A stretch of DNA of 64,000 bases from Octopus bimaculoides (GCF_001194135.2 NC_068998.1:38607570-38671569), one strand, 5' to 3'. Numbered from the stretch's first letter, positions 1 to 12,617 are shown. Notes: a model not told the origin generated them from the sequence alone. Translations and numbers: made by a program.

Positions 1-587
1 AATTGGAAAATTATTATTTATTTATTTATAGTTTTTATTTATTTATTTATTTATTTTGCACGTGTGTTTTTAATCTCACCGCTTATTTTTTTATTGTCTG
101 AAAATAGTAATTTTCTTTTGCCATTGTTGATTCCAGTCTGAACATTTATATGATGGCCAACAACATTGATCATTAATTTCACCCATCTTATGTCGGCATC
201 TCATGTGGACATTTCTAGTGGCTGGCTACCTTCTCTGGTTATCTCTTGACTCTGTTTATTTGTTGTCATGTCGTGTGGTGATTTCTTGATGGTAAAAACT
301 AGAACACTAACCGTAGTCAAGCCAGTGAGAGAACCTCAATGGGATCGCTCCAGTGTTAGCAATAAAACAGATGCTAAATTACCTCAAAATCACAGCCTGT
401 CCTCATAATCCATCTTTGCAAACAAAGACACGTTAGATAATATAGTCCCTGATAGATTAGGTAGGATGACCATAGCTGAACTATCTTGGATTATTTATTG
501 GGTTGATCAGAGCTGACCTAGAGCTAAATATCATCATTATCATGGTTGTTGTTCTCATTGTTGTCATCGTCGTACTTTTTTTTTTTT

Positions 588-802
588 ACCTCTTTTACTT
601 GTTTCAGTCATTTGACTGCGGAGCACCGCTTTTAGTTGAGCAAATCAACCTCAGGACTTATTCTTTGTAAGCCTAGTACTTATTCTATCAGTCTCTTTTG
701 CCGAGCTGCTAAGTTATGGGGATGTAAACACACCAGCATCAGTTGTCAAGCAATGTTGTGGGGACAAACACAGACACACAAACACATACACACATACACA
801 TC

Positions 803-843
<41 letters not shown>
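588..843 (-). mobile_element. tRNA-derived SINE family A, 3' half
   Basis: Reverse complement of the 3' half of the full copy at 2471-2892 (ctcttttacttgtttcagtcatttgactgc...ggacaaacacagacacac). Runs into an N gap. Confidence 0.85.
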
Positions 844-845
<2 letters not shown>

Positions 846-1554
846 NNNNNNNNNNNNNNNNNNNNNNNNNNNNNNNNNNNNNNNNNNNNNNNNNNNNNNN
901 NNNNNNNNNNNNNNNNNNNNNNNNNNNNNNNNNNNNNNNNNNNNNNNNNNNNNNNNNNNNNNNNNNNNNNNNNNNNNNNNNNNNNNNNNNNNNNNNNNNN
1001 NNNNNNNNNNNNNNNNNNNNNNNNNNNNNNNNNNNNNNNNNNNNNNNNNNNNNNNNNNNNNNNNNNNNNNNNNNNNNNNNNNNNNNNNNNNNNNNNNNNN
1101 NNNNNNNNNNNNNNNNNNNNNNNNNNNNNNNNNNNNNNNNNNNNNNNNNNNNNNNNNNNNNNNNNNNNNNNNNNNNNNNNNNNNNNNNNNNNNNNNNNNN
1201 NNNNNNNNNNNNNNNNNNNNNNNNNNNNNNNNNNNNNNNNNNNNNNNNNNNNNNNNNNNNNNNNNNNNNNNNNNNNNNNNNNNNNNNNNNNNNNNNNNNN
1301 NNNNNNNNNNNNNNNNNNNNTTTTAGTTGAGCAAATCAACCTCAGGACTTATTCTTTGTAAGCCTAGTACTTATTCTATCAGTCTCTTTTGCCGAGCTGC
1401 TAAGTTATGGGGATGTAAACACACCAGCATCAGTTGTCAAGCAATGTTGTGGGGACAAACACAGACACACAAACACATACACACATACACATCTACATAC
1501 ATATATATATATATATAAATATATATATATGTATATATATGTCTATATGTATGT

Positions 1555-1775
1555 CTCTTTGTGTATGTGTTTCCCCACCACTACTTTTCAACTAGTGTTG
1601 GTGTGTTTACTTCCTTTTAATGAAACAGTTCAACAAAAAGAGAACAATAGAATAAGTACAGGCTTTAAAAAAATTTAAGTCCTGAGGTTGATTCGTTCAA
1701 CTAAAAATCTCTCAAGACGGTGCTCCAGCATGGCCACAGCCAAATGGCTGAAACAAGTAAAAGATAAAAGATAGA
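1555..1775 (+). mobile_element. SINE family A, 3' half
   Basis: ggtgtgtttac...gaataagtac...ggtgctccagcatggccacagc...gaaacaagtaaaagataaaag matches the 3' half of 2471-2892. Confidence 0.8.
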
Positions 1776-2470
1776 AGATATATCAGATTCTACTCACTTC
1801 CTACAACAGAGCATATTGAGCTTACATTTTTTTGCAACACAAAAATAAATTAGATAAGTTCGATTGATAATTTTTACTGAAAGTGTCACTGAAAATTCTG
1901 GCAAGTACATTATTTAGACTTACAGATTTCCTCTCTTCAATCTGTGCATAAATATATTACGTACGTAATGGCTCTTCATTGATTTTGATGATGTGTATAT
2001 TCAGATGTTCAATCAATTGAACTGCCTACTCACTGGTTTGCAGTGAAATTTTCTGAACATACTAAGTGCAGGCAAGGCTGTGTGGATTAATGAGTTTGCT
2101 TCCCAAGAATGTTGCTTTTGGGTTCAGTACCACTGTGTGGTATCTTGGGTAAGTATCTCCTACTATGGCCCTGAAACAACCAAGCCTTGCAAGTGGATTA
2201 GGTTGATGGAAACCTAATAAACAAATAAGTCTATCATATATATATATAAGGCTTGGTTGTTTCAGGGCCATAGTAGGAGATACTTACCCAAGATACCACA
2301 CACACANNNNNNNNNNNNNNNNNNNNNNNNNNNNNNNNNNNNNNNNNNNNNNNNNNNNNNNNNNNNNNNNNNNNNNNNNNNNNNNNNNNNNNNNNNNNNN
2401 NNNNNNNNNNNNNNNNNNNNNNNNNNNNNNNNNNNNNNNNNNNNNNNNNNNNNNNNNNNNNNNNNNNNNN

Positions 2471-2892
2471 AGGCGTAGAAGTGGCTGTGTGGTAAGTAGC
2501 TTGCTTACGAACCACATGGTTCCGGGTTCAGTCCCACTGTGTGGCACCTTGGGCAAGTGTCTTCTACTATAGCCTTGGGTCAACCAAAGCCTTGTGAGTG
2601 GAGTTGGTAGATGGAAACTGAAAGAAGCCCGTCGTATATATGTATATATATATAGATGTAGATGTGTATGTGTGTGCGTGTATGTGTTTGTGTGTGTGTG
2701 TTTGTCCCCAACATCGCTTAACAACCGATGCTGGTGTGTTTACGTCCCTGTAACTTAGCAGTTCGGCAAAAGAGACCGATAGAATAAGTACTAGGCTTAC
2801 AAAGAATAAGTCCTGGGGTCGGTTTGCTCGACTAAAGGCGGTGCTCCAGCATGGCCACAGTCAAATGACTGAAACAAGTAAAACAGTAAAAG
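2471..2892 (+). mobile_element. Full-length tRNA-derived CORE-type SINE (family A)
   Basis: Pol III head (box A tggctgtgtgg, box B ggttcagtccc), CORE-like ccttgggcaagtgtcttct, internal (TA)/(TG) tract and 3' end gaaacaagtaaaa. More than 10 copies in the window. Octopus OR-type naming is from memory. Confidence 0.9.
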
Positions 2893-2940
2893 ATTAAAGA
2901 GTATTTATGCATACACACATACACACACACATATACACAC

Positions 2941-3174
2941 AAGGCGGCGAGCTGGCAGAAACGTTAGCACGCCGGGCGAAATGCTTAGCGGTATTTCGTC
3001 TGCCGCTACATTCTGAGTTCAAATTCCGCCGAGGTCGACTTTGCCTTTCATCCTTTTGAGGTCGATTAAATAAGTACCAGTTACGTACTGGGGTCGATAT
3101 AGTCGACTTAATCCGTTTGTCTGTCTTTGTTTGTCCCCTCTGTGTGTAGCCCCTTGTGGGTAGTAAAGAAATAA
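2941..3174 (+). mobile_element. tRNA-derived SINE family B, tail type 1
   Basis: Head aaggcggcgagctggcagaaacgttagc...gagttcaaattccgcc, central ctttgcctttcatcc...gtcgattaaataagtaccag (Meta-SINE-like as I recall it), tail gtttgtcccctctgtgtgtagccccttgtgggtagtaaagaaata. Confidence 0.9.
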
Positions 3175-3175
3175 C

Positions 3176-3898
3176 ACATAAAATTACATAAAAACATCTT
3201 GAAATACTAAAGAGTAAATTCAATAAAATTGCCGTTCACTTCACCCATGGCCACCAGACGCCTTTCAAATCTCTTGTGAACGTTGGTGAACATTGCCATT
3301 ATCGTTGCCTTCTGTTCATCTTTGGTGAACTGTGCCCCACACGTAATAATGAAGGAGGTTGCAGTCTGGAGAGTTAAGTGGCCAGATGTTAGAGGTGATG
3401 TGGTCGCAGAAATTGTCTGACAGCCATGACTGGGTTCTCCTGCTTGTGTGGAATGGTGCAGAATCCTGTTGCCGGACAGAGGGTTTTCCAGCAGCCACCC
3501 TGTTCACCTAGGGCAGCACTACCTCCACCAGGCACTTGATGTAAGCTTTCATGTTGAGTCTGAGGCCATGTGGGAAGATGAATGGAGACATAACATCACG
3601 ATCACTAGTGATCACTCCAAACACGATGATGTTGACTGGATGTTTGATTTTCATCACTCTCCGTACATGTCTTCAGATTGCACTGTCCTCATTGACAACC
3701 AAACACTCTGGAATGTTCATATTGGAGCATCCAGTGCAAATGCAAAGCAGTACAGCATGTTGTTTCCAAATTTCTGGCAAAGTGAATTGTGTCATGGTGA
3801 GTTATTCTCGCAGACAGTGCCCAACTGATCCTACTATACTATGTAGTTGACAAAATCAAAAAACAAAGAATGCACATGCGTGAAATTAAAAATATAAA
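3176..3898 (-). mobile_element. Tc1/mariner maT-type (DD37D) transposase relic
   Basis: ORF 3316-3507(-) reads QQDSAPFHTSRRTQSWLSDNFCDHITSNIWPLNSPDCNLLHYYVWG, with 37 residues from the second D to the third catalytic position (here mutated to H). Homologous to 28941-29784. Confidence 0.85.
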
Positions 3899-3939
3899 AT
3901 AGTGTGTGTGTGTGTGTGTGTGTATGTGTAGAAACACAG

Positions 3940-4350
3940 GCATGGCTGCTTGACAGCCAGTGTTGGTTTGTTTACATCCTGTAATCTTGCAGTTTGGCAA
4001 AGAAGATCAATAAAATAAGTACCAGGCTTTAAAAAACATAAGCACTTTGACTAAACCCTACAAGGTGGTACTCCAGCTTGACCGCAGTCCAATACTGAAA
4101 CAATAAAAGATAAAAGATATTTATATATACCTTTATAAGTGTGTGTGTCTCTGTGTGTCTGTGTGTGTGTGTGTGTCTGCTTGACAACTGGTGTTGGATG
4201 TGTTTACATCCCCATAACTTAGCAGTTTGGCCTAAGAGCGTGATAGAATTAGTACCAGGCTTCAAAATAAGTCCTGGGATCAATTAAAATTCCTCAAGGT
4301 GGTGCCCCAGCATGGCCACAGTCTTATGACTGAAACAAATAAAAGAATAA
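3940..4350 (+). mobile_element. Two tandem SINE family A 3' halves
   Basis: Two successive ttgacagcc/ttgacaac...aagtaccaggc...ctccagc...gactgaaacaa segments. Confidence 0.75.
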
Positions 4351-4360
4351 ACAAAAAGAA

Positions 4361-4448
<88 letters not shown>

Positions 4449-5699
4449 TGTGTGTGTGTGTNNNNNNNNNNNNNNNNNNNNNNNNNNNNNNNNNNNNNNN
4501 NNNNNNNNNNNNNNNNNNNNNNNNNNNNNNNNNNNNNNNNNNNNNNNNNNNNNNNNNNNNNNNNNNNNNNNNNNNNNNNNNNNNNNNNNNNNNNNNNNNN
4601 NNNNNNNNNNNNNNNNNNNNNNNNNNNNNNNNNNNNNNNNNNNNNNNNNNNNNNNNNNNNNNNNNNNNNNNNNNNNNNNNNNNNNNNNNNNNNNNNNNNN
4701 NNNNNNNNNNNNNNNNNNNNNNNNNNNNNNNNNNNNNNNNNNNNNNNNNNNNNNNNNNNNNNNNNNNNNNNNNNNNNNNNNNNNNNNNNNNNNNNNNNNN
4801 NNNNNNNNNNNNNNNNNNNNNNNNNNNNNNNNNNNNNNNNNNNNNNNNNNNNNNNNNNNNNNNNNNNNNNNNNNNNNNNNNNNNNNNNNNNNNNNNNNNN
4901 NNNNNNNNNNNNNNNNNNNNNNNNNNNNNNNNNNNNNNNNNNNNNNNNNNNNNNNNNNNNNNNNNNNNNNNNNNNNNNNNNNNNNNNNNNNNNNNNNNNN
5001 NNNNNNNNNNNNNNNNNNNNNNNNNNNNNNNNNNNNNNNNNNNNNNNNNNNNNNNNGAATTGAGTCATGACCAATGAGAATCCTGACCTTTTTATTTCCC
5101 TTCTTGTTCAAACCTCTTTTCATCGAAAACAGCAGTTGTGTTCTTGACAAAATAAGACTCGTAGAATGATTGATCAGGTGAAAAAATATCAAAAAGTGAA
5201 AATCTGTAACTCTAAATGCCATACTTGTTTGCATTTTCATGACACTTTCAGTGAATATTAGCAATCAACCTTATTTTGATATTCAGGTCAGCAATTTAAC
5301 TCAAGCCCTTGATATGTTTTTCTCTATCACTGATTTTCTTTTTTTTTTTTTCTTTCTGAAATGTATTTAATTTCATAGATAGAAAGAAGATAATGATAAA
5401 CTCCATTACACAGATGCTGAGATGTACACAAACAGTATTGGCAATGTGGGTTCAATTCTCTGATGCTGTTTCTTCACCTTACTCTGTTAATGCAATTGGA
5501 AAAAATCATGAACGTTGCATCTTTATTCCTCTAATCAAGTGACTCTCAACCATTTTTTGCTCTGTGAACCCCTTCGATTCCTGTTTTACTAAAATGGACC
5601 TTCATAACCATTTGACGTTTAAAAAATCTCATATTTTCATAATTAAATATTATTAGGAATTGTATAAAATATTTGTTAAAGTATTGTGTATTTATCTTA

Positions 5700-5910
5700 T
5701 CTTTTATCTTTTATCTGTTTCAGTCATTAGACTGTGGCCATGCTGGGGTACCACCTTGAAGAAATTTTAGTCAAATGAATCGACCCCAGTACTTAATTTT
5801 TTAAAGCCTGGTACTTTTGACCAAACTGCTAATGTTATGGGGACATAGACAAACCAGCACTGGTTGTCAAGCGGCGGTAAGAAACAAACACACACACACA
5901 CACACACACA
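5700..5910 (-). mobile_element. SINE family A, 3' half
   Basis: tcttttatctgtttcagtcattagactgtggccatgctgg...ggttgtcaagcggcgg. Confidence 0.8.
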
Positions 5911-6029
5911 AGTACAGAGCTTACTGAAGTCAACTTTGCCTTTCATAGTTTTGGGTTTGATAAATAAAGCAGCAGTCCAGTGCTGGGATAAATTCCTCTC
6001 TCTCTCTCTCTCTCTCTCTCTGGATTGTG

Positions 6030-7960
6030 CTTGTAATTCAAAGGCGTGACCATATCACAGCTTGGTGACTGCATCTTTGTGCATGCCTTGCACAGCTCTC
6101 ATAAATCTCAGCTTCTTTACACAAAATTATGTACCCAGGTGGATATCTCGAATATTTCTTCCATGGGTATCATTAGATTAATGAAGGTCAGTCGCAGATG
6201 TTAGCTATGTTTGACATAATGAGAGCAACTTATTTGGGGTAACTTTACATTAAGAAGTGGAAAGTACAATTTCTCATAATTCAGACTTCCTCATGAACCC
6301 AGCAGACAAAGGGGAAAAGGCATTGCCCTGAAAAATGGCAAGGGAGATGTGCTGGAACAGCTACTCTGACACATGGAGTTTGCACAAGACAATAGCATCA
6401 GAGTTACCTCCTGTTTGTCTTGTATTTGATGTTAATTCCCAGCAGATGTTTAGGTTTAACAATGTGTATGGTAGCTACAATGAATATGATAAAAAAACAT
6501 TGTGGTGATGTCATGATCCTGTTTGAATCTGGAGTTAATACCTAAGGAGTCTGTTGGGCTTCTGCTAGTCTGAACACTGGCAGTGATGTTGTCAAATTGA
6601 AAAGCTTAGGATCATGACGAACTCAACAGAACATTAAAAAATATCTTCCAAAGAAGACCATGTGAGATACTGTTGAAAATCTTGAAAAGGTCTATAAAGA
6701 CTATCCAGAGGAACTGATACTGTTTACAGCATTTCTCTTAGAGCTGGAAAGCAAAGGCAAAAAGTTCCTAGTTTTGATGGTAAAAAAAAAATCCTCTTTG
6801 AGTCTCATGTACACTCTTCTGAGCTAGTGGTTTAACCCAACGATTAAGAAAACTGGCTAGAACCTTTCCGATAATGGATATGAGTGAGGTCCTTTTGTAG
6901 CTATAGTCCGACCTGTCACCTTTCTTTTAGTACAGGTGACAATATTGCATCACTTAGATCATATGAAACATACTGGTAAAGGAGTTGAAATATTGTCCCT
7001 CCATTCTTGAAGACTTCAGCCATCTTCTTTGAGACCCTGTCCAAGTGTGATCGTTGCCAGAGCACCAGCTGTCTGGCTTTTGTGTTGGTGGCACGCAAAT
7101 AGCACCATTTGAGCGTGACTGTTACCAACGTCACCTTCCTGGCACTTGTGCCAGTGGCACATGAAGAGACATTCGAGCGAGTTTGTTGCCAGTGCTGCTG
7201 GACTGGCTCCTGTGCAGGTGGCATGTAAAATACACCATTTCAAGCATGGCCGTTGCCAGTACCTCCTGACTGGCCTTCGTGCCGGTGGCACATAAAAGCA
7301 CCCACTACACTCTCGAAGTGGTTGGCATTAGGAAGGGCATCCAGCTGTAGAAACTCTGCCAAATCAGATTGGAGCCTGGTGCAGCCATCCGGTTCACCAG
7401 TCTGCAGTCAAATCGTCCAACCCATGCTAGCATGGAAAGCGGACGTTAAACGATGATGATGATGATGATGATCAATAGGTCTGAAGGAGATGTGTTTATA
7501 AACAGCATCTTCATCAATTTTTTGGATAGCAATTTAGGAGACATTTGCTCCTTCTATAGCACTGGTTGATTTGGGGCATTAGAATTTTTAATTGTTGTAC
7601 CATCTCAACTTTGAGGTGACTATCAGTCAACCAATCAGAAGCCATAAATGGCCTTTGTAGAAGAATTGTGATTAACATTGGCATTGACTTGACATTAGAT
7701 CTCTTTAGTCTCTTCCATCTACCTTTAGTCTTTTAACACACAGGTTGTTTTCTGTATTAGAGTTTTGCTTTTCTGATAGGCTTTCCTCATATTCATGATT
7801 TCAAGACTTGACAAATATTTAAGCAAAGTGTAATCATTTAGACCTTGGAAGTTACCAGGAAGTTTTGCAGCAGTTCTTCTGTTGCAAAAAGGTATTAGTG
7901 ATGATACGATTATGTTTGGTTAACATCTTTGAAGAATGTTAAACCACCAGTACTGCCAAG
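6030..7960 (-). mobile_element. Degraded RTE (BovB-like) LINE: APE end, linker and RT, interrupted by a younger RTE tail
   Basis: Frameshifted minus-strand peptides: HNRIITNTFLQQKNCCKTSW*LPRSK (APE, about 7850-7920), AEVFKNGG (about 7010), KGDRSD and SLISIIGKVLA (about 6860-6920), GINIKYKTN (about 6420-6445). Confidence 0.7.
7036..7472 (+). mobile_element. RTE LINE 3' region with (GAT)n tail (family C)
   Basis: Ends catgctagcatggaaagcggacgttaaacgatgatgatg, the same 3' end as the coding RTE copy at 25935-26785. Confidence 0.85.
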
Positions 7961-7964
7961 AATT

Positions 7965-8370
7965 GGCTTTGGTAAGGTTGACACAAATGCTTTGATTGAA
8001 GGACAATTGAATTTTTCAAGCAAATCTTCTACAATGAACTAAGAAAAGGAAAATGGATGAAAGAAGGACAGCTGAAATTACACTTCAAGAACATCCTATA
8101 GGCAGCATTTATAAACTGCAGCATTTGTGTGAACTACAGGGAAGCTTTCTCTTCTGACAGGAAAGCCTGGAGTTTTCTCATTCATCAAAGAGTGAATCAC
8201 TTTGAATGATGACATTGAGAATATTGTGAGACCAGGAGGGAAAGAAGAAGAGAAGTTGCTGAACCCAAATGTCAAAATCTGCTCTCGTTTTTGAACTGCT
8301 CTACCCTCACTGTCAGAAGATATTCGCCGCTTGTACCTGGACACATGCTAATAACTCCTGAGCTCAAAGA
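7965..8370 (+). mobile_element. Degraded RTE LINE ORF2 C-terminus
   Basis: One frame with stops: FKQIFYNELRKGKWMKEGQLKLHFKNIL*AAFINCSICVNYREAFSSDRKAWSFLIHQRVNHFE**H*EYCETRRERRRE, a typical RTE/BovB C-terminal region. Confidence 0.7.
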
Positions 8371-9404
8371 CAATCATATTCCTTTTCAAAGAACTACTGT
8401 GACAATAAAGACACACATAGATGCATCATCACCACCTTTGCCACTACCACTACTGCTGCCACTGCAACCACCACCACCACCACCACCACCACCACCTTAA
8501 TACGCAAATAAAGTATATATATACACACATGTGTATGTATATAAGTATATTGGTACAAGTCCTCAATTTGGGGNNNNNNNNNNNNNNNNNNNNNNNNNNN
8601 NNNNNNNNNNNNNNNNNNNNNNNNNNNNNNNNNNNNNNNNNNNNNNNNNNNNNNNNNNNNNNNNNNNNNNNNNNNNNNNNNNNNNNNNNNNNNNNNNNNN
8701 NNNNNNNNNNNNNNNNNNNNNNNNNNNNNNNNNNNNNNNNNNNNNNNNNNNNNNNNNNNNNNNNNNNNNNNNNNNNNNNNNNNNNNNNNNNNNNNNNNNN
8801 NNNNNNNNNNNNNNNNNNNNNNNNNNNNNNNNNNNNNNNNNNNNNNNNNNNNNNNNNNNNNNNNNNNNNNNNNNNNNNNNNNNNNNNNNNNNNNNNNNNN
8901 NNNNNNNNNNNNNNNNNNNNNNNNNNNNNNNNNNNNNNNNNNNNNNNNNNNNNNNNNNNNNNNNNNNNNNNNNNNNNNNNNNNNNNNNNNNNNNNNNNNN
9001 NNNNNNNNNNNNNNNNNNNNNNNNNNNNNNNNNNNNNNNNNNNNNNNNNNNNNNNNNNNNNNNNNNNNNNNNNNNNNNNNNNNNNNNNNNNNNNNNNNNN
9101 NNNNNNNNNNNNNNNNNNNNNNNNNNNNNNNNNNNNNNNNNNNNNNNNNNNNNNNNNNNNNNNNNNNNNNNNNNNNNNNNNNNNNNNNNNNNNNNNNNNN
9201 NNNNNNNNNNNNNNNNNNNNNNNNNNNNNNNNNNNNNNNNNNNNNNNNNNNNNNNNNNNNNNNNNNNNNNNNNNNNNNNNNNNNNNNNNNNNNNNNNNNN
9301 NNNNNNNNNNNNNNNNNNNNNNNNNNNNNNNNNNNNNNNNNNNNNNNNNNNNNNNNNNNNNNNNNNNNNNNNNNNNNNNNNNNNNNNNNNNNNNATATAT
9401 ATCC

Positions 9405-9447
<43 letters not shown>

Positions 9448-9729
9448 CGTGCGTGTGTGTGTGTGTGTGTGTGTATCATCATCATCATCATCGTTTAACG
9501 TCCGCTTTCCATGCTAGCATGGGTTGGACAATTTGACTTAAGCCTTCATTAAGTTAAAATTTCATAGGCACATGAAACATGAATAATCATTCAAACATTT
9601 GCCATGAATGAAATTTTAGCCATTTTCGACTTGAAGGCTAGGTTGCCATAAATGAGATTTTAGCCACATATGACATGATAGGTAGGTCATTGGTAAGCTT
9701 GATTCCTATTGGTTGGGACAAACTAACTT

Positions 9730-10170
9730 CTCACCAAAATCGCTCCTATTGACCTCTTGTTATAGTACTGTACCAATTATTGAAAACCTTCAAGCTGGAG
9801 ATTCTATTTATACCTGCTATAAGGGGCCTTAATCATAAATGGGGATGGATAGCTTTCTTATTGATATATTATATGGTCTTTTCATTTTGGTTCCTGAATG
9901 GTAATGTTTACCTGTCTTGTGAGCTAAGGTAATATAATATCGTTATTGTTAGTTTGGAAGTAGTTATATTTAAGCCAAATTCCTTGAATATATTTTTCAA
10001 GTCATTTTTATCTTTCTGGTTAGATTAATGGAACTTTTGTGCCATTGTAATTAAGTCGTTCCACAGAACTGTAAAGAAAGCCCTCTGCACATTCACTCAA
10101 TTTTATATCACTGTCAAAATTCCTTCTCTTGTAAGTCTAGACTTCAGGAAGCAATTTACAGTGATGAACA
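9730..10170 (-). mobile_element. Penelope-like element RT fragment
   Basis: Minus-strand KNDLKNIFKEFGLNITT...TGKH, then frameshifted YINKK-HP-like and AGINRIS-like segments; resembles the PLE RT C-terminal part. Confidence 0.55.
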
Positions 10171-10182
10171 ACCTTGATATTA

Positions 10183-10232
<50 letters not shown>

Positions 10233-10234
10233 TA

Positions 10235-10550
10235 TCAAAAGGTGGATGTTATATCACAATGGCTTCTACTGAGACATAAAATATAAAGACCTACTGTTCG
10301 ATGTCTCCATGGGAAGCTATGACAGGACAAATGTGGCTGGACTTGCAGGTTTATTTATTGTTGATATAAGGAAGCCTCATATCATATCTCAGGTCTGTTG
10401 AGTGGGGGGGGAGAGATGGCTTGGCAGTATCAAACAACATGAATGGTTATATCATGGATAAATTCAGGAATGACTTGACAGGAATATTCAAGAAATTTGC
10501 TGCCAATCTGATAATAGCTAACTTCTTAGATATCACATTAGGTCTGGAGA
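10235..10550 (+). mobile_element. Penelope-like element RT fragment
   Basis: LFDVSMGSYDRTNVAGLAGLFI...DGLAVSNNMNGYIMDKFRNDLTGIFKKF...ANFLDITL, matching the PLE motifs FDVTMGS.DG, DDGL and NFLDITL. Confidence 0.65.
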
Positions 10551-10637
10551 TTTGGCTGCTATTTCTTGCAAGCTGAGTGACTACACTAAGGCTCTTTCAC
10601 TGCTGGATTGAATATCAGTTTACTGCTGTGTATATTT

Positions 10638-10864
10638 CTGGCAGAAACGTTAGCACGCCGGGCGAAATACTTAGCGGTATTTCGTCTGCGGTTACGTTCT
10701 GAGGTCAAATTCCGCCGAGGTTGACTTTGCCTTTCATCCTTTCGGGGTTGATAAATTAAGTACCAGTTACGCACTGGAGTCGATGTAATCGACTCAATCC
10801 CTTTGTCTGTCCTTGTTTGTCCCCTCTGTGTTTAGCCCCTTGTGGGCAATAAAGAAATAAGAAT
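10638..10864 (+). mobile_element. SINE family B, tail type 1
   Basis: Near-identical to 2941-3174. Confidence 0.9.
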
Positions 10865-10999
10865 AGGTACAGTGACCTCTGCATATCATAAATGTGGGTA
10901 CTGGGAAAGGCATTCAACAATTCCTCAAAAAGTTCCATCAACCCATTATCATGGTCATTGTTATCGTCATATATCATACGCCCGTAGCACATTGACAAC

Positions 11000-11460
11000 A
11001 CAACAATGAAATTCTTCCCAAGTAAGCATGAGTCCTCCAGCTGCCTTGCCACTCTTGTCCAACCAGCTCACGATATTGTCCAGCCATTGCATTCTTTGCC
11101 TGCCTTTTGATCTACCACCCTCCACTCTTCATTCCATAATAATGTTTTCCAGACCTCTGTTTCTTTGAATATGGCCATAATCAATGAGCTTTTGGTTTTT
11201 ACACAATGTTCAAGAGTTGTCGTCTTTCACTTACTCATTTGTCCAATCGACTCCTGGCATTCTTCTATACTCCCACATTTCAAATGCATTGATTATATTC
11301 TCTTCAAATTTACTCAGGGTCCATGCCTCACAACCATAAATGCTCATTGGCCAAATGAGGGCTTGCACAGGCCTTGTTTCTAACTGAGAAGGGACACTTT
11401 TACTACTCCAGATTCTATCAAGCTTCTCCATGGACGTTCTTACCATGGCTGGTCAAGTCC
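11000..11460 (-). mobile_element. RTE LINE ORF2 C-terminal fragment
   Basis: ORF 11231-11446 LIWPMSIYGCEAWTLSKFEENIINAFEMWEYRRM, followed downstream by RVEGGRSKGRQRMQWLDNI. Confidence 0.8.
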
Positions 11461-12406
11461 TAATTTCTTTCTTAACATGTGGCATCATCAAAGACTTGGG
11501 TTCCAAGATGCATGTACAATTTGACCTGTTCAAACCGGTATGAAAAAGTGAGCATTAAAAAAAAACTATACAATGATGACAATGACGACGATAATGGTTG
11601 TAGTGTTGTTGTTGTTGTTGTTGGTGGTGGTGGTGATGGTGGTAGTGGTGGTGGTGACAGTGGCTGTGGTGGTGGCAGCATTGATAGTAGTGGTATTGTG
11701 ATGGTTTATGAGGTTGGATTGTCTCCATGACAAAACGCTATATTCATGTCGTAAGTGTTGCACCAGTCACCGTCACAGTGATCACCTCTTTGATTAGTTT
11801 GATTAAGTAATTGTGAAAGTAAATCTATTTCCATTCTAAAGTAAAAATATTTGTTTTGCAACTATTTCCGATTCTGTTCTGGCTTTTGTGCTAAGAACAA
11901 AAACAAAAAAAAACAAAAAAAACAAATTTCTTTGAAATCTTTGTAATGACTAAGTTTTTACATTGTAAGTAATGATTACTCCCTATCATCATATTCTATT
12001 CAGATAATAGATACTAGCATTCACAGAGACTTCCGTTTCGTAATAATAAATGCCTTGTGTGTGTGTTTGAAACAGGATCTGAGAACAATCTGTCTAATTA
12101 CTGGACTTATAATTATTACAATCTTGAAATTTGAATGTCATTTCAATCAAGACTTGTGAAGATAAACAGCTGAGAACAAGCAGTAGAATAAGATTATCAG
12201 GGAGATTATAACAGAAAGTTACAATGGCATAATTGGTCCGCTGCTAAATTATAAACGTCTGAGTTAAGAGTTCAGACTCCATGGCAAACATGGTTTCCAG
12301 TTCAATCCCACAAATATGGCACCCTTGGGCCATTGTCTTCTGCTATAGTCGCAGGACCTACCAAAGCTTTGAGTGAGTTTGAGAGATGCAAACTGAAAGA
12401 CACTGA

Positions 12407-12454
<48 letters not shown>

Positions 12455-12578
12455 GCTGTAGTGAACACCTATATAGTGTGTGTGTTTGATTGGCAAAATA
12501 TGACCATCCCCAAGTATGACATATATATATATATATACATATATATTTCTATGTATGTATATATGTATGTATGTATGC

Positions 12579-12617
<39 letters not shown>

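Noticed and set aside
588-1520. Apparent tandem duplication of a SINE (about 630-845 versus 1321-1520)
   Set aside because: Identical sequence on both sides of a gap; typical unmerged contig overlap.
1924-1941. 18-nt minus-strand micro-exon (cacAG|ATTGAAGAGAGGAAATCT|GTAAGT)
   Set aside because: Lies inside the diverged inverted-repeat segment; the homologous copy has gtaact and a stop, so a repeat origin is more likely.
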